From an uncultured Maribellus sp. (lineage in GTDB: Bacteria; Bacteroidota; Bacteroidia; Bacteroidales; Prolixibacteraceae): a DNA stretch of 62,022 nt. This document shows positions 9,372 to 19,557 of this stretch, piece after piece (positions within the stretch are counted from its first letter, which is position 1; each line of letters starts with the position of its first letter). Below the pieces are notes generated by a model. That model was given only the letters and a program-made list of their open reading frames with translations. It searched no databases and had not been told where the DNA came from. The position numbers and the translations under genes are program-made. The stretch is from positions 1 to 62,022 of the forward strand of contig CAZXVT010000004.1 in assembly GCA_964644015.1 (NCBI GenBank). Reading direction: 5' to 3'.

Positions 9372-11024
9372 TTATGCATTTTTCAACTTTAAAACCTGTT
9401 TTCTTGTTTCCAGCACAGTTTTCAATTCATTGTAATCCACATCCTGAACTGCAATATTTTTGTCGATGGCAATACAGGCTGCGGCCGTTGCAGACTGCCC
9501 CAGAATCATAAATACAGGTTCCATACGGATGGAGCCATAAGCAATGTGGCTTGATGACACACAAACAGGAACCAGCAGATTGGTGCACTCTTCCTTTTTG
9601 GGTATGATTGAACCATACGAAATGGAGTAGGGTGCAGGGGCATGAACTCCAATATCGCCTTCGTTTTGCACGAATCCTTCGGGCGTTACATAACGTTGCA
9701 CATTGTGTGAATCCATGGCATACGAACCCATCCCGACAGATTCAGGAACATCGCGTTTCAGCAGCACATCATTTTCGGTGGTCACATAATTGCCAATCAT
9801 GCGACGGGCTTCGCGCACATAAATCTGGTGCGGCCAGTTGCCGTTATCGGTAAATTCATCTTTTGCCAGACCCCATGTTGCCATTTTTGTGCGGATATCT
9901 TCCGGAACACGCGGGTCGTTGGCTACAAACCAGAGCAATCCCGCCTGGTAATTTTGATGTTCTTTCAGGATTTCCTGCCTGCGTTCATAGCTTGCTTCGG
10001 GGTAATCGTAATTCATTCCGATGTTGTCGCTGCTGAAAGCGCCGTGGTTGTTGGTATCGGTTTTCCGGTTGGGAATATCGTCGAATTTTTCAAACCAGTC
10101 TTTGCGTCCGGTGGCAAAATCGCGCACCAGCAACTCGTATTGTGTCGAATCGTAGTTTTCTGGTTTTGGAAATGGAATCCTGTTTTCAGGGTGATTGGTC
10201 ATGCACATACGGTAGCAATAGGCCTGAATTTTATTGTCTGCAGTGCCATATTCGCCGGGTGGTTCGGCTGAAATACGCGGCAACAGTCCACTGGTGCTGT
10301 CGCCCTCAATTTTGTAAGGCGAGATATTTGATTTGAAATGGTGACCGTGTTGAAAAACACCGGTTTGCACTCCATTCCATTGTTCGTTATATTGTGCAGT
10401 ACTTTCACGGCCAACATGGTAGCTCACACCGGCTGCGGCCATCAGGTCGCCTTCGTAAGTGGCATCGATAAAAATTTTGCCCGAAAAAGTTTTTCCCGAA
10501 AGTGTGGCAAACGAAACGATTTTTCCGTTAGAAACCACCGTTCCCGAATCGCGGTTCAGCCATTCGTCGCGCAAAACTTTGATGTTGTTTTCAGCCACAT
10601 AATCTTCAAATATTTTTTCGGCCACATGTGGTTCAAAAATCCACATAGTGCGGTTTTCTCCATCCATGGCTACAGTTCCCTGACCTTTATTTCCGTATTC
10701 GCTGTGTTTTTGCCATACCCAGGCAGCCGAATCATTGTAGTGGTTATAAATCCGGTGGTAAAAATCGCGCGAAAGTCCACCGATTACAGCTTTATTGCCT
10801 GTGTCGGTGTAGCCCAGACCTCCGGCGGTGAGTCCGCCCAGGTGTTTATCGGGCGAAACCACAATCACCGATTTGCCCGATTGAACTGCTTCAACCGCAG
10901 CAATCACTGCCGCCGAGGTTCCGCCGTAAATGATGATGTCGGCTTTGTACTCTGAATTGTTTTGAAATTTACATCCTGTTGCCAGGATTAAAAGCGAATA
11001 GAACAGCGTTTTTAGTAGTTTCAT
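9372..11024 (-). CDS. FAD-dependent oxidoreductase (FAD_oxidored family), probable lipoprotein
   Basis: Lipobox-like LATGC; IIIYGGTSAAV Rossmann motif; FIDATYEGDL, YVREARRM and SIRMEPVFM motifs. Confidence 0.88.
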   Translation of the reverse strand: MKLLKTLFYSLLILATGCKFQNNSEYKADIIIYGGTSAAVIAAVEAVQSGKSVIVVSPDKHLGGLTAGGLGYTDTGNKAVIGGLSRDFYHRIYNHYNDSAAWVWQKHSEYGNKGQGTVAMDGENRTMWIFEPHVAEKIFEDYVAENNIKVLRDEWLNRDSGTVVSNGKIVSFATLSGKTFSGKIFIDATYEGDLMAAAGVSYHVGRESTAQYNEQWNGVQTGVFQHGHHFKSNISPYKIEGDSTSGLLPRISAEPPGEYGTADNKIQAYCYRMCMTNHPENRIPFPKPENYDSTQYELLVRDFATGRKDWFEKFDDIPNRKTDTNNHGAFSSDNIGMNYDYPEASYERRQEILKEHQNYQAGLLWFVANDPRVPEDIRTKMATWGLAKDEFTDNGNWPHQIYVREARRMIGNYVTTENDVLLKRDVPESVGMGSYAMDSHNVQRYVTPEGFVQNEGDIGVHAPAPYSISYGSIIPKKEECTNLLVPVCVSSSHIAYGSIRMEPVFMILGQSATAAACIAIDKNIAVQDVDYNELKTVLETRKQVLKLKNA

Positions 11025-11172
11025 AGGTTTAATTTCAATGAGGTTCTAAAATTAGGGAAATCATTTTCAGAAAGACAAGGAAACCCCTTTGCTATGATAA
11101 CTTTTTGAATAGAAAATTGATTTTTTTATTCAGGCAAAAGAAAATAACACAGAGTTGCATAGATAATTCTCC

Positions 11173-11204
11173 TCAATCACTCATTTACTCATTCACCCAA
11201 TCAC
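11173..11204. repeat. Degenerate 8-bp tandem repeat (4 units)
   Basis: tcaatcac tcatttac tcattcac ccaatcac, immediately after the ppc stop. Confidence 0.8.
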
Positions 11205-11205
11205 T

Positions 11206-13968
11206 TTATCCAGTTGTTCCCATGGCGTTGGCAATGGCATTCACCGACATCAGCAGTTGTTTCAGCAAATCCTCTTTTTGTGAAGTTTCATTTTCATTGC
11301 TGTTTCGCCAGGCGCTCAGCGTTTCCACCTGGTAACGGTGCAGAATGTTGAGTGCTTCGGCCCTGAGTGCGGTTGAATAGAAATGGTTTTTCCGGCGCAC
11401 TTCCATAGGCCTGGTAATCAGTTCGCCCATGAAAAAACGTGTTTTATTCAATTCAGTAAGTATAACGTCCAGAATCCTCTGCTGTTTTTGTAAATCCTTA
11501 ACAAGTCCGGCATACATTTTCATTATCTCCTCGTCGGTGGTGGCAAGACTAGTATCGATATTGGTGAAAATATACCGGATAAACTGATCGGTTTTGATGA
11601 GCTCTTTCAACCGTTCAAATTTTGCGGGGTGTTCAGTTTTAATTTTTTCGAGGGTTGAACCAACTCCAAACCAGCTTGTGATATGGAATCGAGCCTGCCC
11701 CCAGCTGAAAACCCACGGAATGGCACGTAAATCGGCAAAAGTACGCTTACCGGTGCGACGTGCCGGGCGTGAGCCGATTTTACTTTCCTCGATAACATCA
11801 ATGGGTGTGGCCTGTTGGTAGAATTCGATAAAATCTTCATCATGAAGCAAATCCCGATAAAATTTCTGTCCTTCGGTTCCCAGAAATTCCACGATTTCTT
11901 CGGTTTCATTTATCCCGGTTTCCGGTTTTGAGTGAATCAGTGAGTTCATGGTAACACCTGCCAGTGCCAGTTCCAGGTTGTAAGCCGCATTAATTTTGTT
12001 GGCAAACTTTTTCTCGATAGTTTCGCCCTGTTCGGTTATTTTCAGTTTCCCCGACAAAGTGCCGTGCGGCAGCGACTGCAGAAACCAGTGAACAGGTCCG
12101 GCGCCGCGACTGATTGAACCGCCTTTTCCATGAAAAAATTTTATCTCAATACCATGTTTCCGGCCAATTTCAGTAATATTTTTCTGCGCTTTGTACAAAA
12201 ACCAGGTGCTGGCCAGAATACCGCCGTCCTTGTTGCTGTCGCTGTATCCAATCATCACTTCCTGTGTTTTTTGCGCGAGTCCTTTTTGTTTTCGCTGGTA
12301 TTCGAGACTGTTCTGCACTTCAGGCAGTGAAAAATACTCATCCATTATGGTCGCTCCGTCTTCAAGATCGTCGATAGTTTCGAAAAGCGGCACAACCTGC
12401 AATTTCGATACCAGCGTTTTATCAAAAAAAGTCAACCCGGTTTCACGGGCAAGCAAATAAACCGTCAGCAGGTCATTCACATTGCGTGTCATGCTCACAA
12501 TCAGCGAACCCAGCGCCCGCTGCGTATAAGCTGAAATGTGGTTCGCGAGTACTCTTAAACAATCGAGTGTATTTTGCGCCTCTGAAGGCAGATTACTCCA
12601 GTCGCGGATAAACGGACGGTTCTGTTTGATTTCGTGCCGGATAATATGGTGTTTTTCTGTTTCAGAAAGCTCTTCACCCGGTGTTGCTGAGGATGCGGAT
12701 GCCTGAATGATTTGCAACAGCGCTTCTTCGTAAAACTGGCTATTTTGCCTGATGTCGAGTTCAGCCAGGTGAAACCCGAAAGTACGCACGGTTTGAATGG
12801 CCGGATTAACAAAATCGCGCGCCAGTTTTGACAATCCATGAATTTCGAGGGATGATTTCAGACAGTCCAAATCGGTAATCAATTGTTCCGACTGAATATA
12901 ACTTCCCTTTTTATCCGAAAGCTCCACGTGATTTTCACGACCAATGGTCACAGGCAGTTTTTCGATAAGCAACAGCACAAACAACCTGAAAGCTTCGTGC
13001 CTGGCTGAAGTAACAACGTTTTTTGATTCGGCTCCCAATTCTGCAATCATGTCTTTTGTACGTTCTGCAATTTTTTCGGGCAACTGGTGCATTTCGCAGT
13101 AAAGGCTCAGGTTTTCAGAAAGCCGTGTAAGCTCTTCTTTAATCACCACCATGGCATTCAGACGGAGTTTCATCAGCGAGTTTCGGGTTACTTCGGCCGT
13201 TACAAGCGGGTGCCCGTCGCGGTCGCCGCCAATCCAGGTGCCAAAAGTCAAGCGTGGAAACCTGTTATCAGCCACCAGTTTTTCCGCATCAAAACCTGAA
13301 AATTCCCATGCCTGAACCAGTCTGCGGTTGATGTGTTTCACCGCATCGGGAAAAACAGCGACGAAATAGTGAATCACTTCTTCCAGTTCGCTTTCCACTT
13401 TGGGTTTTTCAATATAAAACTCGTCGATGTGCCACACCGAATTCAGCAATCGCTTGATTTCGTTCCTGTTTTCCTGCATTTCGTACAGGTTGTACATTTT
13501 GTTTTCGCGTTGTACCAGCAACAAATACAATTCGCGGTATTTTCTCAGAATCACCGGACGTTTTGCTTCGGTGGGGTGGGCAGTCAAAACCGGCTGAACA
13601 TTGATTCCGGTAAACGATTCAATAATTTCATTTTCTGTGAATCCATTGGTTTTCAGGGTCTGCAAAGCACTTACCCACAATCCGTGGATGGAATCAGGTT
13701 TGCTGATTTCCTCTTTTCTGCGGCGCGATTGCACAGCACCATTGGTTTCGGCCAGGTTCAGCAATTGAAAACACACCGAATAAAGGTGAAAATGCTTTCG
13801 GGTAAAACTGATTTTTTCTGTGTTTTCCTGTTCCGAAATCCAGGGCATGCAACAAGCTAGTTCGCTCTCTCCATTTTCAATCAAGACTTCCCTGAAACAA
13901 TTCAGCAGAAATTCAAGGTCGTGGTAGGGTTTTCCCAACTGGATTTTCAGCGTTTCAAGCTTTTTCAT
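11206..13968 (-). CDS. ppc: Phosphoenolpyruvate carboxylase
   Basis: VLTAHPTE, WIGGDRDGHP, VPLFETIDDL, VMIGYSDSNKDGG, TEQGE and LRAIPWVFSW motifs; 920 aa. Confidence 0.96.
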   Translation of the reverse strand: MKKLETLKIQLGKPYHDLEFLLNCFREVLIENGESELACCMPWISEQENTEKISFTRKHFHLYSVCFQLLNLAETNGAVQSRRRKEEISKPDSIHGLWVSALQTLKTNGFTENEIIESFTGINVQPVLTAHPTEAKRPVILRKYRELYLLLVQRENKMYNLYEMQENRNEIKRLLNSVWHIDEFYIEKPKVESELEEVIHYFVAVFPDAVKHINRRLVQAWEFSGFDAEKLVADNRFPRLTFGTWIGGDRDGHPLVTAEVTRNSLMKLRLNAMVVIKEELTRLSENLSLYCEMHQLPEKIAERTKDMIAELGAESKNVVTSARHEAFRLFVLLLIEKLPVTIGRENHVELSDKKGSYIQSEQLITDLDCLKSSLEIHGLSKLARDFVNPAIQTVRTFGFHLAELDIRQNSQFYEEALLQIIQASASSATPGEELSETEKHHIIRHEIKQNRPFIRDWSNLPSEAQNTLDCLRVLANHISAYTQRALGSLIVSMTRNVNDLLTVYLLARETGLTFFDKTLVSKLQVVPLFETIDDLEDGATIMDEYFSLPEVQNSLEYQRKQKGLAQKTQEVMIGYSDSNKDGGILASTWFLYKAQKNITEIGRKHGIEIKFFHGKGGSISRGAGPVHWFLQSLPHGTLSGKLKITEQGETIEKKFANKINAAYNLELALAGVTMNSLIHSKPETGINETEEIVEFLGTEGQKFYRDLLHDEDFIEFYQQATPIDVIEESKIGSRPARRTGKRTFADLRAIPWVFSWGQARFHITSWFGVGSTLEKIKTEHPAKFERLKELIKTDQFIRYIFTNIDTSLATTDEEIMKMYAGLVKDLQKQQRILDVILTELNKTRFFMGELITRPMEVRRKNHFYSTALRAEALNILHRYQVETLSAWRNSNENETSQKEDLLKQLLMSVNAIANAMGTTG

Positions 13969-13980
13969 TTTCGAACCTTT

Positions 13981-14769
13981 TTAGTTTATTTTTTTCGGAA
14001 ACCGCGGAAAAAAGGGGCTGGTTTGATTTACATAGTTTTCGTAACCGGGTTTTGAACTGATTAAAGTGCGTTCGAGCATGGCAACTCCCGAAACACGCAA
14101 CAACAACCAGTTCATCAACAAAGCGCTTAAAAGCGGGAGATAGCAGCCAGAGGCAACACTGAAAAGGGCAAAACTCCACCAAATCATGGCATCGCCAAAA
14201 TAATTGGGATGACGGGTGTATTTCCACAATCCAGTTTGCAAAAGTTTTCCTTTGTTGGCAGGATTTGATTTGAAGCGTGAAAGCTGCCAGTCGCCGCCGG
14301 CTTCAAATACAAAGCCGGTGAGCCAGATTAAAAGTGCAATTGCATCAATAACGCCAATTGCTTTTTCAGCCGAATACTGCGAAACGCCCAGCAATGGCGC
14401 AGAAATCAGCCAAAGTAAAACGCCCTGCAGCAAAAACACCTGGAAAAAACTGAACCACCAGTATCTTTTTTCACCATATCGTTTTCTGAATTCCTGGTAA
14501 CGGTAGTCTTCCGGTTTTCCAAGATTTCGTTTGAAAATGTGGGTGGAAAGCCGGATCCCCCAAATTATCAGCAATATCAAAACAACTATTTCGCGAATTG
14601 TAGTGTCTGGCGTGATGATGAAATAGTAAATACCGGCTATAATAAATCCCATTCCCCAGAAAATATCGACGATGGATGCGTTTTTCAGCACAACGCTCCA
14701 AAACCAAATAATACTAAAGAAAAGCACAATCAGTAAAAGCCCCTGAAAATAAGCTTCTAAAAAGTTCAT
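13981..14769 (-). CDS. DUF1295 / steroid 5-alpha-reductase-like membrane protein
   Basis: SIVDIFWG, EDYRY and GLWKYTRHPNYFG motifs. Confidence 0.9.
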   Translation of the reverse strand: MNFLEAYFQGLLLIVLFFSIIWFWSVVLKNASIVDIFWGMGFIIAGIYYFIITPDTTIREIVVLILLIIWGIRLSTHIFKRNLGKPEDYRYQEFRKRYGEKRYWWFSFFQVFLLQGVLLWLISAPLLGVSQYSAEKAIGVIDAIALLIWLTGFVFEAGGDWQLSRFKSNPANKGKLLQTGLWKYTRHPNYFGDAMIWWSFALFSVASGCYLPLLSALLMNWLLLRVSGVAMLERTLISSKPGYENYVNQTSPFFPRFPKKIN

Positions 14770-14869
14770 TGTAATAAAAATTTACTTCGAAGGTTTAACA
14801 AATGTACACTAACAATGTTTTTATTAAAAATGAAAAAGCGTGCTTTGGCAACATCACGAGAAATATTTG

Positions 14870-14877
14870 TATTTTTG
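14870..14877 (+). promoter_or_regulatory. Bacteroidota -7 promoter box for the toxin-antitoxin operon
   Basis: TATTTTTG matches TAnnTTTG and ends 7 nt before the ATG at 14885. Confidence 0.5.
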
Positions 14878-14884
14878 AAAAGTT

Positions 14885-15094
14885 ATGATTATTCAACGAA
14901 AAAATAATGAGATACTTATAAGGTTTCAGTCAGGTGCTAAAACCGAAAAAATCCAATCAATTCTTGATTATCTGCACTATGAGGAACTGACTTCGAAATC
15001 AACTGTTACAGAGGAAGAGTTGACGAATCTAGTGAACGAAGCAAAAGCCGGTAGGTGGAATCGGTACAAAGTTGATATTGGCCTGAATGAGTAA
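14885..15094 (+). CDS. Putative antitoxin
   Basis: 69-aa ORF overlapping the start of a PIN-domain gene by 8 nt; two-gene AT-rich operon. Confidence 0.7.
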   Translation: MIIQRKNNEILIRFQSGAKTEKIQSILDYLHYEELTSKSTVTEEELTNLVNEAKAGRWNRYKVDIGLNE

Positions 15095-15542
15095 GATTAT
15101 TGTTGATACCAATATTGTTTTCAGTGCTTTTTTAAATATCGACAGCAAAATAAGCCAGATTCTGATTAATGGAATTCATCAATACGAGTTTTTTGCCCCG
15201 GAATATATCAGGTATGAAATATTAGAACATCAAATAAAAATTAAGAAACTTGCCCGATTTTCAGATGATCAGTTTATTGAGATTTACGAGCTGGTAATGA
15301 GAAATATAAAAGTTCTGAATCATAAAATTGTGCCTATATCAGTTTATGAGTTTGCCAAAAAATTGTGTTATGAAATTGATATTGATGACACCATTTTTAT
15401 TGCTTTTGCAGAATTTTTGGAAGGGAAATTATGGACGGGAGATAAAAAATTATTAAAAGGATTAGAACAAAAGGGATATTTAAATTGGGTAACAACAGAA
15501 ATCCTTTATGCCGATTTCACGAGACAATCATATAATAAGTGA
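15087..15542 (+). CDS. PIN-domain (VapC-like) ribonuclease toxin
   Basis: IIVDTNIVFSA, central E, DIDDTIFIAFA and LWTGDKKL acidic PIN motifs. Confidence 0.88.
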   Translation: MSKIIVDTNIVFSAFLNIDSKISQILINGIHQYEFFAPEYIRYEILEHQIKIKKLARFSDDQFIEIYELVMRNIKVLNHKIVPISVYEFAKKLCYEIDIDDTIFIAFAEFLEGKLWTGDKKLLKGLEQKGYLNWVTTEILYADFTRQSYNK

Positions 15543-15566
15543 TTCTAAAAGGATGTAATTTGAACG

Positions 15567-16214
15567 CTATTCAAATTGCAAACTCCCGAAAAATTCAGGC
15601 CGGTGATAATCCGGTTTTTCGGTTTTTACGGGATTCCAGGTTACAAAATGAGGTTCGTCGGTCATATCGCCACACTTATAAAAGTTACCTGTAGCCTGCA
15701 TTCCTTTCAGCGAACTTAGGGTGTCGAAAATAAAAACTTCCACCGGAATCCTGAGCATCATTTCCCACTCAAAATCACCTGTTTTATTATCAAAAGGTTC
15801 CTTGCCAAGCGTTGACAATGCATCAATCTTTTCCACAATCTCAGGATTAATCCGGGCCCTGTTGCCGCGTCCAGGTCCGTACGACAAATGACGGGTACCG
15901 ATGCAGTTGAACTCAAAATTGTAATAGTTCCTTTGGTCGAACGAAATAAAAAACTCCACACAACTGTCTTTGTAAACATCGCCATTGGTGCGGGTTTCAA
16001 GTGCTCTGATGCATTTTTCAGTAACATAAAATTTCAGCCAGATTTCATTTCCGGTGTGTGCGATTCTGAATGTAATACTTGGTTTGTAAGGGTATTCAGA
16101 CCAGTTAATTATCCCAATGTTGTTTTTTTCAGCCTGACTTTCCAGCATTTGTTCCGCATCTGCCTGGATGTCAGCAGCAGCGAGTGAAAGTGATTTTATT
16201 TTGAGTTCGCTCAT
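15567..16214 (-). CDS. Carbohydrate-binding family 9-like (CBM9_2) protein
   Basis: VYKDSCVEFF, YYNFEFNCIG, GNFYKCGD and PDYHRPEFFG motifs. Confidence 0.88.
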   Translation of the reverse strand: MSELKIKSLSLAAADIQADAEQMLESQAEKNNIGIINWSEYPYKPSITFRIAHTGNEIWLKFYVTEKCIRALETRTNGDVYKDSCVEFFISFDQRNYYNFEFNCIGTRHLSYGPGRGNRARINPEIVEKIDALSTLGKEPFDNKTGDFEWEMMLRIPVEVFIFDTLSSLKGMQATGNFYKCGDMTDEPHFVTWNPVKTEKPDYHRPEFFGSLQFE

Positions 16215-16381
16215 TTTTGTTCTTTTTTCTGTAAAAGTAGAATTCCATCGGGAGAATTAAATAAAACAGACTTTTTGAAATGATTTTTTCCTGAAGTTTT
16301 CCGCAAACAGCTTCCTGTTTTCTAATCGTGTGTATATTTGAAGTTTTTTGAATAGCCAAATCAGTACTGTTTGAGTTTTTT

Positions 16382-19342
16382 ATGAACGATTTAACAACCA
16401 GCGAAATACCAAAGCCTGAATTTATCATTGCACTAACCGAGCACCGGTTTTTCGGGACCATTTTCGTGCCTTATCTCATCCGGCGCGAAGAGCAGTTTTA
16501 TCGGGTGGTGCGTCATATTAAACCCCGTGATTTTAAAACCGAAAATGAATACACTTTTCAACCCTGGGAAAAGGAACTGGTGGAAATCATCGACCGTTAC
16601 AGCGATGAACGACTGATGAAAAAATTCTCGCGTCTGACGATTCTGAAAGAGTTCTATTCATCGTTGCAACCTGCAGGTTTTCAGAAAAATATCATTCCTT
16701 TTATTGAACAATGCATGTACCGCGTGGCAATAATCCTGATGGTGAGCCCTGTGCGTTTGCTCAATAAAGACGTAAAATATGCCAATGTTTACGACGAAGA
16801 TGAAATTGAGGTGCAGCCCTTGTTTGTAAAACCCTCGTTCTATTTCAACCGCACCGAAACCGGAACAAAATACCGGCTTGAAATTTTTCATGATGATAAA
16901 AAAATTCCGCTGCTCAACCGGCAAACCAGAATTGTAACCAACGACCCCTGTGTTTTTGTTCAGAACGGTAAAATGTATGTGGCAGAAAAGTTGAATGCCA
17001 AAAGATTAACGCCATTTTTTGAAAAAGAGGAAGTTGCCATTCCACTCGCTGTTGAAGAGAAATATTACGAGGGATTTGTGTTGAATACGGTTCGCGATTT
17101 CCAGGTGCAGGCCACCGGTTTTGAGATTATGGAGGATGAAGTGGAGAAAACAGCGGTGCTGAGTCTGGAAACTAATCTGCAATACAAACCCTGTTTTGTG
17201 CTGTATTTCTTTTATGGCAACGAAAAGTTTCTGCCGAATTCAAATCGCACAGTGGCAGTACAATTGGAGAAACAAAAAGATACATGGCGTTTTATCAAAG
17301 TAAACCGTCAATCCGAATGGGAAAAAGAAATTCAGCAAAAGCTTACCACGCTTGGATTGAAGTTTTCTGATGGCTTTTTTGAGCTTCCGGCCGCCGGACT
17401 GGTGGAAGAGAGTCAGGCTGTTTATGCTTTAATCATCTGGCTGGGCAATTGCAAATCTGCACTGGATGAATCCCGGATAAAAGTGGTGCAGGACAGGCTT
17501 GACAAGAAATATTTTGCCGGCAGTTGTCAGCTCGATATGCAGGCCAAAGTCAGTGGCGACTGGTTTGATGTGGAAGCTGTTGTTCAGTTTGGCGAATTTC
17601 GTATCCCGTTTATCAAACTCCGGAAATATATTCTGAATGACATCCGCGAATTTGAACTCCCCAACGGCGAAATTGCCGTTTTGCCCGAAGAGTGGTTTGC
17701 CCGTTACAAAGGCCTGCTGCCGCTGGCAAAATTTACAGGCGAAAAAATGCAGTTTGCCAAACACCATTTTGGAGTTCTGCAAAGCATGATGCAAAACCGG
17801 GTGAAAGCGGTAGTGGAAACGCTGATGGAAAGCGGAAATCAGGAAAATGCCACCTTGCCTGCCGGGTTAAATGCCAAACTCAGAAATTACCAGGAAGAAG
17901 GTTTCCGCTGGATGTACCGGCTGGGTGAGAATGGTTTTGGCGGTTGTTTGGCCGACGATATGGGACTTGGAAAAACCCTTCAAACCCTTGCACTTTTGCT
18001 GAAAAGAAAACGGGCCAAAACCGAAATTCAGCTTCCGCCGGCATTTGCCAAAAACGGGCAGCTCGATTTGTTTGTAACAGCGCCTGAAAAGGCCGAAGAG
18101 CAGCCCGCAAGTCTGGTCGTGGTGCCCACTTCGCTGGTGCACAACTGGGTAAACGAGATTGCCCGGTTCACCCCATCACTGAAGGTTTTTAACTACACCG
18201 GAATTAACCGGAAAAAGGCCAGCGACCTGCAAAAAATCATCCCGTATTACGACATCATTTTAACAACCTACGGAACACTACGTATTGAAACAGAGCTGTT
18301 TTCGGCGCTGAATTTTTATTATGTGATTCTGGATGAAAGCCAGTTTATCAAAAATCCTGCATCGAAAACCTACAAGGCAGTTCTGCAACTCAGGGCAAAA
18401 CACAGGTTGGTACTTACCGGAACACCCATCGAAAATTCGCTTTCTGACCTATGGGCGCAGATGAATTTTTTGAATATGGGTTTGCTCGGAAATATGGCCT
18501 ATTTCAGAAAATTGTTTATTCTGCCCATTGAAAAACAGGGAAGCGAGGAACAACAAAAAATGCTGCACCTGTTAACGGGTCCGTTTATTCTGCGCCGCCG
18601 GAAAGATGAAGTAGCCCGCGAATTGCCGCCCCTCACCGAGCACGTGGTTTATTGCGCCATGTCGGCTGAGCAGGAAAAGCTGTACGAGCATGAAAAGTCG
18701 GTGATCCGCAATGCCATTCTCGAAAGTATTGACAGGGAGGGCGTAAAAAAATCGTCGTTTGTAGTTTTGCAGGGACTTACCAAATTGCGGCAACTGGCCA
18801 ACCATCCGTCGTTGTTCGACAAAGAATCGGAAGACATTTCAGGGAAATTTGAGCAGTTGATTTCGATGCTTGAAAACTTAGTGGCCGAAAAACACAAAGT
18901 GCTCATTTTCTCGTCGTTTGTTACGCATCTGAAATTGATTGAAGAACGGATAAAGCAGGAAAACTGGCAATACAGTCTGTTGACAGGGCAAACCAATAAC
19001 CGAGAGGAAGTCATCAGTAATTTTCAGAACAACCCGCAGAATTTCATTTTCCTGATTTCGCTGAAAGCGGGTGGAGTGGGGCTGAACCTCACCGGCGCCA
19101 GTTATGTTTTCATCACCGATCCCTGGTGGAATCCGGCAGCCGAAAACCAGGCCATCGCACGCGCACATCGCATTGGTCAGAAGAAAAAGGTTTTTGTGTA
19201 CCGGTTTATCACCGAAAACTCCATCGAAGAAAAAATTCAGGTTTTAAAAGAACGCAAAAGCGCGCTGGCCGATAAGTTTGTAAACTCAACTTCGCCATTT
19301 TCTGAAATTACAAGGGAAGAACTCGATGAGTTGTTTGCCTGA
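16382..19342 (+). CDS. SNF2-family helicase/ATPase
   Basis: LADDMGLGKT, LDESQ, LTGTPIEN, LKAGGVGLNL, DPWWNPA and RAHRIGQ motifs. Confidence 0.95.
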   Translation: MNDLTTSEIPKPEFIIALTEHRFFGTIFVPYLIRREEQFYRVVRHIKPRDFKTENEYTFQPWEKELVEIIDRYSDERLMKKFSRLTILKEFYSSLQPAGFQKNIIPFIEQCMYRVAIILMVSPVRLLNKDVKYANVYDEDEIEVQPLFVKPSFYFNRTETGTKYRLEIFHDDKKIPLLNRQTRIVTNDPCVFVQNGKMYVAEKLNAKRLTPFFEKEEVAIPLAVEEKYYEGFVLNTVRDFQVQATGFEIMEDEVEKTAVLSLETNLQYKPCFVLYFFYGNEKFLPNSNRTVAVQLEKQKDTWRFIKVNRQSEWEKEIQQKLTTLGLKFSDGFFELPAAGLVEESQAVYALIIWLGNCKSALDESRIKVVQDRLDKKYFAGSCQLDMQAKVSGDWFDVEAVVQFGEFRIPFIKLRKYILNDIREFELPNGEIAVLPEEWFARYKGLLPLAKFTGEKMQFAKHHFGVLQSMMQNRVKAVVETLMESGNQENATLPAGLNAKLRNYQEEGFRWMYRLGENGFGGCLADDMGLGKTLQTLALLLKRKRAKTEIQLPPAFAKNGQLDLFVTAPEKAEEQPASLVVVPTSLVHNWVNEIARFTPSLKVFNYTGINRKKASDLQKIIPYYDIILTTYGTLRIETELFSALNFYYVILDESQFIKNPASKTYKAVLQLRAKHRLVLTGTPIENSLSDLWAQMNFLNMGLLGNMAYFRKLFILPIEKQGSEEQQKMLHLLTGPFILRRRKDEVARELPPLTEHVVYCAMSAEQEKLYEHEKSVIRNAILESIDREGVKKSSFVVLQGLTKLRQLANHPSLFDKESEDISGKFEQLISMLENLVAEKHKVLIFSSFVTHLKLIEERIKQENWQYSLLTGQTNNREEVISNFQNNPQNFIFLISLKAGGVGLNLTGASYVFITDPWWNPAAENQAIARAHRIGQKKKVFVYRFITENSIEEKIQVLKERKSALADKFVNSTSPFSEITREELDELFA

Positions 19343-19557
19343 TAATACAGGACAAATCCGTGTATTCTGATCGATTAAGCATATCGGTGCATCCAATATT
19401 TACCTGTTAATTTTTTAATTATAAGATTATTTGAACATATTATTGTTTGATTATTAGTTTTTTCTAAATTTAAAACGGGAATTATGAGGTCTTTATCGGA
19501 ACCCCGTTTGGTATAAACGCTTGGGATGTTTGATAGATTTGAAATCGAAATCTAAAA

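Noticed and set aside
16382-19342. SNF2 helicase as part of a defence system (DISARM/Zorya-like)
   Set aside because: It stands alone with no partner methylase or nuclease, has host-like composition, and resembles the common Bacteroidota SNF2 protein.
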